A stretch of DNA of 64,000 nucleotides from Sphyrna mokarran (taxonomy: Eukaryota): contig JAGIQG010000011.1 of assembly GCA_024679065.1 (NCBI GenBank), positions 6,820,001 through 6,884,000 of the forward strand. The letters run 5' to 3'. Shown here in pieces: positions 15,055-26,474 of the stretch. Position 1 is the first letter of the stretch. The number at the start of each line of letters is the position of its first letter. A model generated the notes under the pieces. That model was not told the DNA's origin. It saw only the letters and a program-made list of their open reading frames with translations, and did no database searches. A program made the position numbers and the translations under genes.

Positions 15055-15370
15055 TAGCCTTGGCTCAGTGAGTAGTAATTTAATGTCTCAGTCAGAAGAT
15101 TGGTGAATTTGAGTCCCATTCCAGATACTTCAGCATGTAATTCAGGCTAACAGTACAGAGAAGTACTGAGGGGAACTCAAGTGGATGCTAAGAATTCCAC
15201 TGTACTACTTGGAGGAGGACAAGAACTTCTCTCAGGTGTCCAGGCCAATATTCATCTCTGATAAAACATCCTTAAAACTGTCACTATGTTTCCAACACTA
15301 TAACTGTGACTACACTTTAAATGTACTTCATTGGCTGAAAAGTGCTTTGAGATATCCTGAGGTAACAAAC
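15055..15370 (+). mobile_element. Old tRNA-headed DeuSINE-type SINE (SacSINE1/AmnSINE1-like)
   Basis: tRNA-like head ttggctcagtgagtag...tgagtcccattcc, then a Deu-like middle (ggtgtccaggccaatatt), then the tail gtgactacactttaaatgtacttcattggctgaaaagtgctttgaga. Confidence 0.65.
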
Positions 15371-16141
15371 AATACTGTACAATGCCAAGTTATATTGCTA
15401 AATTTCAAAATCATTCGGGCTTTGGATACAAGCATCAATACAATTAAATTATTAAAGACAGGCAGAGTCAGCAAGAAAATAACTTCACAGCAGCAAACAA
15501 AATTGGAAGAAAAATAATAGGAGGATGAATCCAAGGAACGGTTAATCCAGGTGCAATCTAGAACATCATAATGGAGCAAATTGCCCAAAGCAGAGGCAAA
15601 GTTCTCAAAATGACATGAAAGAGAAAGCTGAGGAAGAGGGTGAAATTATGATACATTTATGAGTGTATCATAAATGAGGGTGATATGTTCAGCAGCAGAA
15701 TGAAGTAAAGTAGAAGATATTTTAAGGCAAATAAAATAAGAAAATTAAAATTGGATTAATACATAATTATGTTCCCATCCTTACATGAGCCAAAAAACAT
15801 GAACTAGTTAGTTCTGGTGATGTTTTACATGCTATTGTTCACGATGGGTATTCCAGTGCAACTGGTTTAATAATATTTCTGAGAATTCGGTTGAGAACGA
15901 GAAATATTGTCCTTTCACATCAGAAGTTAAGATTGTTACAAATGTTGGTTGTTGGGTTCTGAGGTAACGTACAACTCTATCAATGTTTAGGAAAGTATTA
16001 AAAAACTCCAGTTCTATCCTGCACCACCTGGCTCTCTGGAATATAAATTTATTAAGAATGCACTCTTTCTTGTAACTATCTTATAAGTCAATGCAAATTA
16101 GTGTTTTATGATACACTTCATTGACCACTAAATTATTTCAC

Positions 16142-16275
16142 CTAGTGACAGACCTATAAACATTGGTACTTAACTCTATTGCTTTCCCTAGTATCAGATC
16201 TTTAAAGGCAAGTACTTCACACTATTGCTTTCCACTGGTGACAGACTTACAAGAACCAGTACTTCACGCTGTATT
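16142..16275. repeat. Degenerate tandem repeat, ~46 bp x 3
   Basis: Units ctagtgacagacc...gtacttaactctattgctttcc / ctagtatcagatc...gtacttcacactattgctttcc / ctggtgacagact...gtacttcacgctgtatt. Confidence 0.75.
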
Positions 16276-16829
16276 AAAGCTCAAAACTTCTTATCAGAAC
16301 ACAAGTGGGAAAGGTCAGCTAGTTGTTAGCTTGTAGGCTCAATCAGACAGCCCAAAAAAAAGTCAAGCCGGTCATTAAGTTAAATTTAAATCTTAATGAT
16401 TATCCTGATTCATTTAGCTATTTGAAATCAATTAGACATGTGTATGGCTCTAAACCATCAGGGCATTCACATACCACTGCCAGTATGTTAAAGTCTCACA
16501 CAAAAGATTAAGAGAGGCCTGAATAATTACTAGTCTTATTTTGCGCCTGCTATCTGGACCAATGGATATTCTAATTGTTGTGAAAATTTGATTGGAGAAT
16601 AACACGTAAAGGCGTACGTTACTCTCACAAAAAGAACAAACGAGGAAAAAGAAAAAACAAAGCAGAAAGAATAATCATTCAGTAATCCATTTTGATCGTT
16701 ACAGCCTGCAGAAATATAAAGCAATAGCCTTGAACATGATCACATGGAGTCATGTGGAACCCTGAAACCCAGACGTGCAGTGAACTGACATCGATTGGCT
16801 GATGCACTCTACACGTAGTCTCATACTTA

Positions 16830-16964
<135 letters not shown>

Positions 16965-18078
16965 TTACAAGATTTGGTATTTGTATAAACAAAGTGAAAG
17001 ATTTCAATAGAAGAATCGTTGCAAGTTTTATGCCTGTGTTGGGTATTCTCCCTGGCTCTGGTACTCTTACATTTAGGGGCAGCCCAAACTGTACAATATT
17101 TAGGAATACAATAATGTAATCTAAGTTGTGACAACATGATCCTCCAGATTAAAGCTGGAGATCACGTTTTTCACATTATCTCCATACATACACTCTTATC
17201 TTCTTAGATGTGAATACTTGTTGACCATGCGATGGAAAAATAAATTTCTTGACGCTCCCAGTTATCCCGGATAATGGACCTGGTATGAAATCATTGGTAT
17301 CCTTTGCATCTGCTGGAAACAGACTGCATTACGGGATCTCACAAACCAAGTCCAATGTTTTCTTCCTATCGCATGCCCTCACCCAATTCATTTTCATCTG
17401 GATGTTAAATAAATGAGCAAGTGTCTACATTACAAAAGCTTAACTTCTACTAAAACCATGACGTGTCCCTATCCAAACCTGCTGATTCTGTTCAACTTTC
17501 AACCGAACAGGAGAAACAGTTAGAAACAGGAAATGGTGAAACCTTTTCTTCCCTCATTTTGGAACATTCTCCCTTTAATCTTACCACTGTCATGAGATGA
17601 AATGTAAAGGATGAATACTGCAAGAGAATTTTTTTTAAATTTGCAGAAAATTATGCTGAAAGTACAAGGAGTTCGTACTGGTGGCACCTACTATCATCCA
17701 GCAAACTCTGGCTCCTGATTTCAGAACCACTTAGCATCCAGTTTCCAAGCCACAGATAGAAACCTGTATGAGCTGCAATATATTGCAGCAAAAAAAAAAA
17801 AGACATATACGCCAACAAAAGCAAGGAGTTTCAAAATAAAAATATGAATAATTTGCCATAAATACTGCACTACTGTCAACATACACCCACTACTAAATGT
17901 CATTTCTGGGAAATGCGCCACAATAAATCTGAGAGGAACAATTAGAACTTCCTTCTCACAGCAGCAAACTACTCACTGCATGAAGGATGGAATTTGAAAG
18001 AAAATGACAGTTTTTTTGATAGATAGCTGATTGAAATGGAATATAATCCAAGTTTTGAGAACAAATAACTATAGGTTA

Positions 18079-18333
<255 letters not shown>

Positions 18334-18534
18334 CTAACAAAAAATCAATGTGCAAGAAATATCCTGTTAGTGCAAGTATTAATGAAAGTTATCCAGTTAG
18401 TGTAATTTTGCTATCGTAGTTCCCATGTTCTACTGAAGTTAAAGTTCTTGTATCGCAGCAGTGGCTACACTTCAAAAGGATGTCAATTTGGACATGAAGA
18501 TTGAAAAGTGCAACTTCTTTCACCAAATTGTCGA

Positions 18535-18812
18535 ATCCATACAGAACAAGAGGCCAACTGGCCCATCGAGTCTACACCGACCACAATCCCACACAGGCCC
18601 TATCCCCATAACACCACATATTTACCCTTCAAGACCTCCCGACACTGAGGGGCAATTTAGCTTGGCCAATCCATCTAACCTGCACATCTTTTAACTGTGG
18701 GAGGCAACTGGATCACCCAGAGATGCTGACACAGGGAGAATGTGCAAATTCCACAGTCACCCGAGACCAGAACTGAACCCAAGTCCCTGTAATGTGAAAC
18801 AGGAGTAACTCC
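18535..18812 (-). mobile_element. HE1-type V-SINE with CR1-like tail
   Basis: Reverse complement shows a decayed tRNA head, the V-domain core (tttgcacattctccctgtg...cagttgcctcccacag) and a CR1-type tail. Confidence 0.8.
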
Positions 18813-19414
18813 CATTTATTGAGAGCTCATGAATTTGGGTGGATCTGGAATCTGGACTGGTGGATACTGAAGGTGGAAGAAAACTGGGTTTAAACAAAGG
18901 AAAAAGATTAACTCAGTCATGAAATACAAAAGGATCAGTTCATGAGGTGGGGAGAGCGAGCGAGGGGAAAAGAGCGGGAGGCGGAAAGAGAGTGGGAGCG
19001 GAGGCGGGGGGTGTGTGTGTGGGAGCAGGAGAAGGAAAATGAGAAGTGGCAACTTAGGGTAACAAACATTTTCATGACCAAATATGCAATGAGGCTTTGG
19101 AGAACAAAGAGGATAAATATATGGATTGCCGGAAAATCTTAGCAGGTCTGGCAACATCTACAGGGAGAGGAAACGGAATCAATGTTTCAAGTCCATTTGC
19201 CCCTTCTTCACGATTAAAGAAAGGGAAAATGTGTTGAATATTACACAGGAGACATTTTACATGGGAAAAACTGCAGTAAGAACAAGAAACAGCATGAAAC
19301 GGGAAGATGGGCTCACATTGAGACAAAAAACATGGAATATAAAGAGATTAAAATGGAGGAGAAAGGTTACACTCTAAAGTTGTTGAACTCAATGTTGAGT
19401 TCTGAGGTTTTGAC

Positions 19415-19738
19415 TTAGAATTCCTACAGTACAGAAAAAAGCCATTTGGTCCATCAAGTCTGCACTGACCACAATCCCACCCAGGCTCTACCCCCATAAC
19501 CCTACATATTTACCCACCAATCCCGCTAATCTATACATCTCAGGACACTATGAGCAATTTTAGTATGGCCAATCCACCTAAACTGCACATTTTTGGACTG
19601 AGGGTGAAAACTGGAGCAAAGGAAACTCACACAGACACGAGGAGAATGTGCAAACTCCACACGGACAGTGACCCAAGCCGGGAATCAAACTCAGGTCCCT
19701 TGAGCTGTGAAGCAGCAGTGCTAACCACTGTGCCGCCC
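19415..19738 (-). mobile_element. HE1-type V-SINE, full length
   Basis: Minus strand gggcggcacagtggttagcactgctgcttcacagc...gagtttgattccc gives the A and B boxes, followed by the V core and the tail gaccaaatggcttttttctgtactgtaggaattcta. Confidence 0.85.
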
Positions 19739-20569
19739 TATGCTACCACTTTAACGTGCCTAAGCAAAGAGGAGCAGCATCTCACACAGATGCTGCCACA
19801 CCTATTGAGTTTTTCCAGCAATCTCTGATTTTATACTGTTTTCCATTTTCCAGCATTTGCAGTACTTTGGTTATTTTTGCTGAAGACAATATAAGGGTAA
19901 GAAACTCAAGCTCAGAAAGCATATTCTGAATTTTATGGGTATGATCTGTCAATCTGAAATGTTAACTGTTTCTCTCCACAGATGCTGTCAGACCTACTTT
20001 TGTTTTCATTTCAGATTTATCATCATTGGCAGTATCTTGCTTCTGAATGAAAACTTTAAACTGGTTCGATCGAGACACCAAGGACCAATGTCAATCAGCA
20101 TGGGCTGGAGTGATGCTTGAATAGTATGCCTTTTGCTGTTAATCAAGTATAGCCCTCCTTCAGTAATGAATCAGTAGTTGTCCACATTGAACCTGAAAAG
20201 GGCAGTTGTGATATGAACATGGGTGGACTGGTGTTGGCAGCACAATGTTTGTGGATTAATGATCTAGTGACACAAATTAAAGACAGAAGGTGGCGAAAAT
20301 AACTTGGCTTAAACTAGTGAATTCATTGGACCTGAGATTGAACCAATTCTTTCCTGGTCTAAACACACAAAATGTTGGATAAACACAGTAGGTCTGGCAG
20401 CATATGTGGAGAGGTCCACATGCTTTTACTGACAGTGATCCATTTGACTCAAATGAATAGTGCTGTACCCAATTCAGATCCTAGTTAATTTAGAACTTTG
20501 AAATAATATAATTACTGAAATTAATATTTTAAATATTTAATAAATTTGGAATAAAATAATGATTAATAA

Positions 20570-22370
20570 TGATCATGAAACCAATTAGACTGTCATAAAA
20601 AAACCATCTAATTTATTAATGTCTTTCAGGGGAGGAAATGCTGTTCTTGTTCTGTCAGGCCTACATGTGATACCCAGACTCACAGGAATGTGGTTGGTTC
20701 TTAAATGCCCTAACAAGCCACTCAGTTGTATCAAACCATTACAGGAAAGTTGAACATTAAAATTGGATTGCCCAGCATGGACCTAGGTGCCAGAAATAGC
20801 AAAGGCAAATCCTGCTCCATTGAATCTGAAAGGTCTTCCTCTCTATCATCTAGGAGAGAAATTAGGAGAGCTGTCTCACAGATTGAGTCAGACTAACTGA
20901 ATGATACCTTACAGCCAACGTCCTAAATACCAGTCCCTGGTGATTTCCTCTCCCACCAGCAGGACACACGCACCAGAGTTGGCAGCACAATACAGAGCCA
21001 GGAGGCAGCGACTTGGGAACCCTCAACATGGACTCCAGATCTCATGTAGTCTCATATCATTTTAAAACTTTATTTAATAGTGTCATAAAAGGCATACATT
21101 AACACTGCAATGAAGGTCCTGTGAAAATCCCCTAGTCACCACATCTCCAGCACCTGTTCAAATATAACAAGGGAGAATTTAACACAGCTAACTAGCGCAT
21201 CTTTAGGACTGTGGAAGGAAACCAGAGCACCCAAAGGAAACCCACACAGACACAGGGGGAACATGTAGTCTCCACACAGAGAACAACCCAAGCCATGAAT
21301 TGAACCTGGCGCTGAGGCAGCAGTACTAATCAATCTGCCACTATGCCATCCTGTTAAAGGCAGGCAAGGAAATTCCTAAATTATCACCTACTACCCTCTG
21401 ACAGCTGATGAACCAGCACTCCATGTTGAATGACACTTGGAAGAAGCACCAGGGGTGTCATTGAGGGGGGCTCAGCAGCACCAAACTGAATTCTGAAGAA
21501 CATATATGCGTCCAAAGTAGGTAGTGAATGAATCCAAGTGACAGGAGAATCCTACTTGATTTGTCCTCATAAATCTACCCCCCACAGATATCAATTGTGT
21601 AATGGACAGATGTTATCATGACCACCACGCAGTCCTTATGAGACTAAGTCCCATATTCACACAGAGAATATACTTCATCATGTTGTGTGACACAATTCAG
21701 AATAGATTACCGGCGCTAAAACTAAGCAATGATGGAGGCGCTGCGGGACTTCACCAGGAACAGAACTGCATTCAATCACAAACTGTAAGTTCATGGCCTG
21801 GAATACCCTTTACTTGACCATCATCAAGCATGGACCAACACTGGTTCAATGAGGCCTGGAGGAGAGTATGAATTGCCTACTCACTGAAGCTTGTCAGACA
21901 CTAAAGAGCAAGTACAGACAGATCTAACTAGTCCCATAACTAACAGATCAGATTATAATTCTGCAGTCCTGCCACATCCAGTTGCGAATGTCAGTGAGCA
22001 ATTGAATCAAGTGGAGGAGGCAGCTCCACAAATATTTACATCTTCAATGATGACAGTGACAAGTTACCCTGGTGTTGTGAGACTTCTTACAATGCCAGGT
22101 GTGTCAGTGAAAAGACAAGACTGAGACATTTTCAATCATCTTCAGCCAGAAGTGCCAAATGGATGATCCATTTTGGTCTCTGCCTGAGGTCCTTACCATC
22201 ACTTCATTCTTTAGATAATTTGATTTATCCCATTTGGTACCAAGAAATGGATGAAAATACTGGATATGGTCCCTGACAACAGGTGCTCCAGAACAAATTA
22301 AACCCCTAGCAAAACTAATTCAGTAGTTACAACACAGACATCTCCCAGGCCATACAGAAAATTGTGGCTG
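20570..22370 (+). mobile_element. Decayed LINE (CR1/L2 group), interrupted by a SINE
   Basis: Shares sequence with the copies at 43870-45385 and, in reverse, 50300-50540. Frames are broken. Confidence 0.55.
21062..21352 (-). mobile_element. V-SINE with an alternative tail (...ttcattgcagtgttaatgta...taaataaa)
   Basis: Same head and V core as 19415-19738 but a different 3' tail. That tail recurs on + at ~47210-47332 and ~50705-50850. Confidence 0.8.
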
Positions 22371-24299
22371 GTGTAAGACTAAAACAGTTCCATTTTAAAT
22401 CATGTTAGATGTTTGTTTGGCAAACATATATCAGAATTCTATGTACCAACAGAAGGTTTAAGGAGTTTTAATAAAATTAATGTATGTAGCTAAGACAATC
22501 CAATGTTCATGTGGCTTGTCAGTGATTTATATTCGACAAGATTAATCGAGCAAGATTCACCGCATTCAGAAAAAGGGATAAATGGTGGTGATGAGGAGCC
22601 AGCAAGAGAGCATGTACAGTTTTCCAAGCAGCAACTTCATGAATGTGCAGAATAAATATGCAACATGTAACTAACCCCTATAGCAAAACTCTACGCACGA
22701 GTTCTGCTAGCCAGATTATTGCTGCAAGAAAACCTGACTTCTGAGGAAAGGTCCCTACATATTTCAGTGTTCAGAATGTATTTCCTGGATCATTTTTTTT
22801 TGCCAGTAATGAGCAGTGAAGATGATGAGAATATCTCTCTTCTGCTCCTAGGGAGCGTCTAAAAAATTTTCACACATACTTCTACGAGCACTTTTGAAGT
22901 ATAACTTAAAGTTGCATACTTGATTTTTTGCCTAGTATTTAATCAACACACAAAATAATTAAGTATTCAGCAATTAAACATATAACTCAATCTAAATGCA
23001 CTGCTAGAATTGAAAATTGTTGGTGAACTTGTGCTTTCAGCAGTGTAGAGTATAAATGCTACATAGATGAGTTGAGTCAATGGTCTGTAGACTTCACGTA
23101 ATTATTGTTGAAATAATTTTTCCATAGCAGGCCATTTTAACAGCAACTTTATCAATCACATATTTTCTTAAAATATAGGCAACAGCAACTTTCTTCCTTA
23201 ACATGCTCACACTTGGGTTGGAATTCATAGAAGTTCTGCACAATATTACAAAAGGACATCAGTAATGTAATCAATAACACTCAGAGCAGCATGCTTTAGA
23301 ATTTCTAACAATTGTAAGATAATTAGAAGTGCAGAAATAAATGAAAATATACAGCTGTGTATGTTGACAAGCACCAAGAAAAGCCAGTCTTACAGACCAA
23401 CCAGTCATTCAAATGTCGTCTGCAGGACTTTGTCACATGTGCAGTATGGTTGCTGAGTTTCCTATATTCTGCAAATCAAGGTTTTCGATCCCCCGAGATG
23501 CATCATAAGGTGCAAATGCAAAGTCTTCCTTCCTAAAAAGGTGTTCAACTTCAACATGCAAATATTACCACATCATCACTCAAGACGCATGGATCAAGAG
23601 CAGGATAAAGCCTCCTTATCTCAACTTTTTTTAAAAAAAGGATTGCAGATGGCCAGGGATCTAGACCAATTCTCCTATCAACTCTCAAACTGATTGTAAA
23701 CAAGGTCTTAACTGGCCTACATTCTCTTTCCCTCCTGACAGGAAACAGCACGAGGGTTCAAGTAATTGGAACACACCAAGAATGTACACACATTAAGTAG
23801 TTCTTTCATGTACCCAATGAGTAAACAAACTCAAATTAACTTAAGGACAAATTAAGAGGGGCAGTCCCCCAGAAAGGAAGAGGAACAGCCTGAAGTCCAA
23901 AGGAAACTTAAAACATTAAATCAAAATGTGATTGTAAGGGTCTACATATACAACACATACCAGCCCCTGCAGCGCCCAGTGGGCACAGAAGGCGTCAACT
24001 TATACACATTAAGAAGCTAGCTCAAAAGTAGATTAATATTCCAAATTGGATCAACATAAAGAGCAGGAACTACAAGGATTTCTCTCTCTCTTCATGCCTA
24101 CTAAATCTGACACTAATAACATCTGACAGCACAATAACATTACTGGCATATCAAAACCTAATCAATTAAAGAAAGGACTGTGGTACCAATAAATAAAGTG
24201 CTTTACTTGGTATTGGAAAGCCTTTAAAATAGTTTTTTTTATACTGTATGATATGGATCGGTGGAATCCTACACTACACGCCTCATTAAGAAATGAATC

Positions 24300-25190
24300 T
24301 AGGCGTTGGTGAGCTTTCTTAACTATAATGTCGGGATGGGGGGGACCAGGACAGATTGGTGGTGATTTGGACACCTAAAAACTTGAAGCTCTCGACCCAT
24401 TCTGTTTCATCCCCATTGATGTAGATGGGCAGGTTTTTCTTTGTTTCCTGAAGTTGATGACAATTGCCTTCTTTTTATTGACACTGAGAGAGAGATTATT
24501 TTTGCTGCACCAGTTAACCAGATTTTCTAACTCGTTCTTGTATTCTGTTGCTTCATTGTTTGAGATCTGACTCACTATGATGATGTTGTCAGTAAACGTG
24601 AAGACTGAGTTGGATGATAATTTAGCTGCACAGTCCCAGGTGTACAAGGAGTATAGTAAAGGGCTGAGAACACAACCTTATGGGGCACCGGTGTTGAGGA
24701 TGATTGTACTATTGCCTATCCTGACTGATTGTGATCTGTGAGCTCCGAAATTCAGAGTCCAGTTGCAGAGAGAGGTGCCTAGGTCCAGACCACAGAATTT
24801 GGAGACGAGTTTTGTGAATAATAGTGTTGAAGGCTGATTTGTGGTCAATAAAAAGGAGTCTGACATGGGTATCCTTGTTATCTAGGTGTTCCAGGGTTGA
24901 GTGCAGGGCCAGGGAAATAGCATCTGCTGTAGACCTATAGCAGCAGTAGACAAACTGTAGTGGATTCAGGTAGTCTGGGAGGCTGGAATTAATATATGCC
25001 ATAGGTAGCCTTTTGAAGCTCTTCATAATGATGGATGTCAGAGTCACTGGCTGATCGTCCTGAAGGCATGCTGCTTGGTTTTTCTTTAGTACTGGGATGA
25101 TGGCTGTCGTCTCGAAGCAGGTAGGGATCTCAGATTGTTGCAAAGAGAAATCGAAGCTGTCTGTAAATACTTCCACTAGCTGATCTGAGT
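24300..25190 (-). mobile_element. Rex1/Babar-clade LINE RT fragment
   Basis: ORF pieces [52 protein letters not shown] (decayed FADD) and KKAHQRL are typical of Rex/Babar RT. Confidence 0.85.
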
Positions 25191-25199
25191 ACACCATCT

Positions 25200-26370
25200 G
25201 GGCCAGTTAGTCATGGCAAGACTGGATCCTGAACTTCCTAACTCTCAGACCACACAATCAGTAAGGGTAGGCAACAACACCTCCTCCACAACACTGATGC
25301 CCCACAAGGCTGTGTTCTCAGCCCCCTACTATACTCCTTATATATTTAAGGCTGGTGCAGCCAAATTCCCCTCAGTTTTCAGGTTTGCTGATGACACTAC
25401 CATAGTAGGTCGGATATCAAACAATGACGTGACAGAGAAACAGGAATGAGATAGAGAATCTGGTAAACTGGCGCGGCAATAACAATCTCTTCCTTAATGG
25501 CAACAAAATGATTTTTTTCTGATAGATAAGGAAATTAAGAGTTATGGGGAGAAAGTGGGAAAGTGGAACTGATCCACTTCTGATCAGCCATGATCTTGTT
25601 GAATGGCGGAGCAGGCTCGAAAGGCCTACTCCTGCCCCTATTTCTTGTGTTCTTATGAAGGAGATTGTCATCAACTTCAGGACACGAAAAGAAGAACATG
25701 CCCCTCTCTATATCAATGGAGACGAAGTAGAAAGGGTGGAGAGCTTCAAGTTTTTAGGTGTCCAGATCATCCACAACCTATCCTGGTCCCCCTCATACCG
25801 ACAATATAGTTAAGAAAGCACACCAACATTTCCACTTTCTCACAAGACTAAAGAAATTTGGCACGTCAGCTACGACTCTCACCAACTTTTATAGATGTAC
25901 CATAGAAAGCATTCTTTTTGGTTGTATCACAGCCTGGTATGGCTCCTGCTCTGCCCAAGACTGTAAGAATTTACAAAAGGTTATGAATGTAGCCCAATCC
26001 ATCACGCAAACCAGCTCCCATCCAATGACTCTTTCTACACTTGCCATTGTGTCAGCAAAGCTGCCAGCATAATTAAAGACCCCACTCGCCCCAGACATTC
26101 TTTCTTCCTTCCCAAAAAAGATACAAAAGCCTGAAGTCACATACCAAGCAACTCAAGAACGGCTTCTTCTCTGCTGCTTTCAGACTTTTAAACGGACTTG
26201 CCTTACATTATGTTGATATTTCTTTACATCCTAGCTCTGACTATAACACTACATTCTGCATTCTCTCATTTTCTTCTCTATGAACAGTATGTTTTGTCTG
26301 TATAGCATGCCAGAAACAATACTTTTCACTCTATGTTAATACACGTGACAATAAATCAAATCAAATCAAA
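25200..26370 (+). mobile_element. Rex1/Babar-clade LINE 3' half, with a CR1 tail nested at ~25510-25655
   Basis: Motifs FRFADDTTIVG, VESFKFLGV and LTNFYRCTIESILFGCITAWYG. Ends in aataaa followed by a (tcaaa)n microsatellite tail. Confidence 0.88.
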
Positions 26371-26474
26371 AGGTTAAGCTCAGCATCTGAGAAAGTAGGC
26401 CAAATGTACATGGGCCAGTTGTAGATCAGAATTTTTACAATCAGCAATTATTCTTATAGTCTCTTACTGGCCTA

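Noticed and set aside
14305-15106. Several overlapping 80-110 aa ORFs on both strands
   Set aside because: They are shadow frames around the real FAM117B last exon and have no recognisable protein features.
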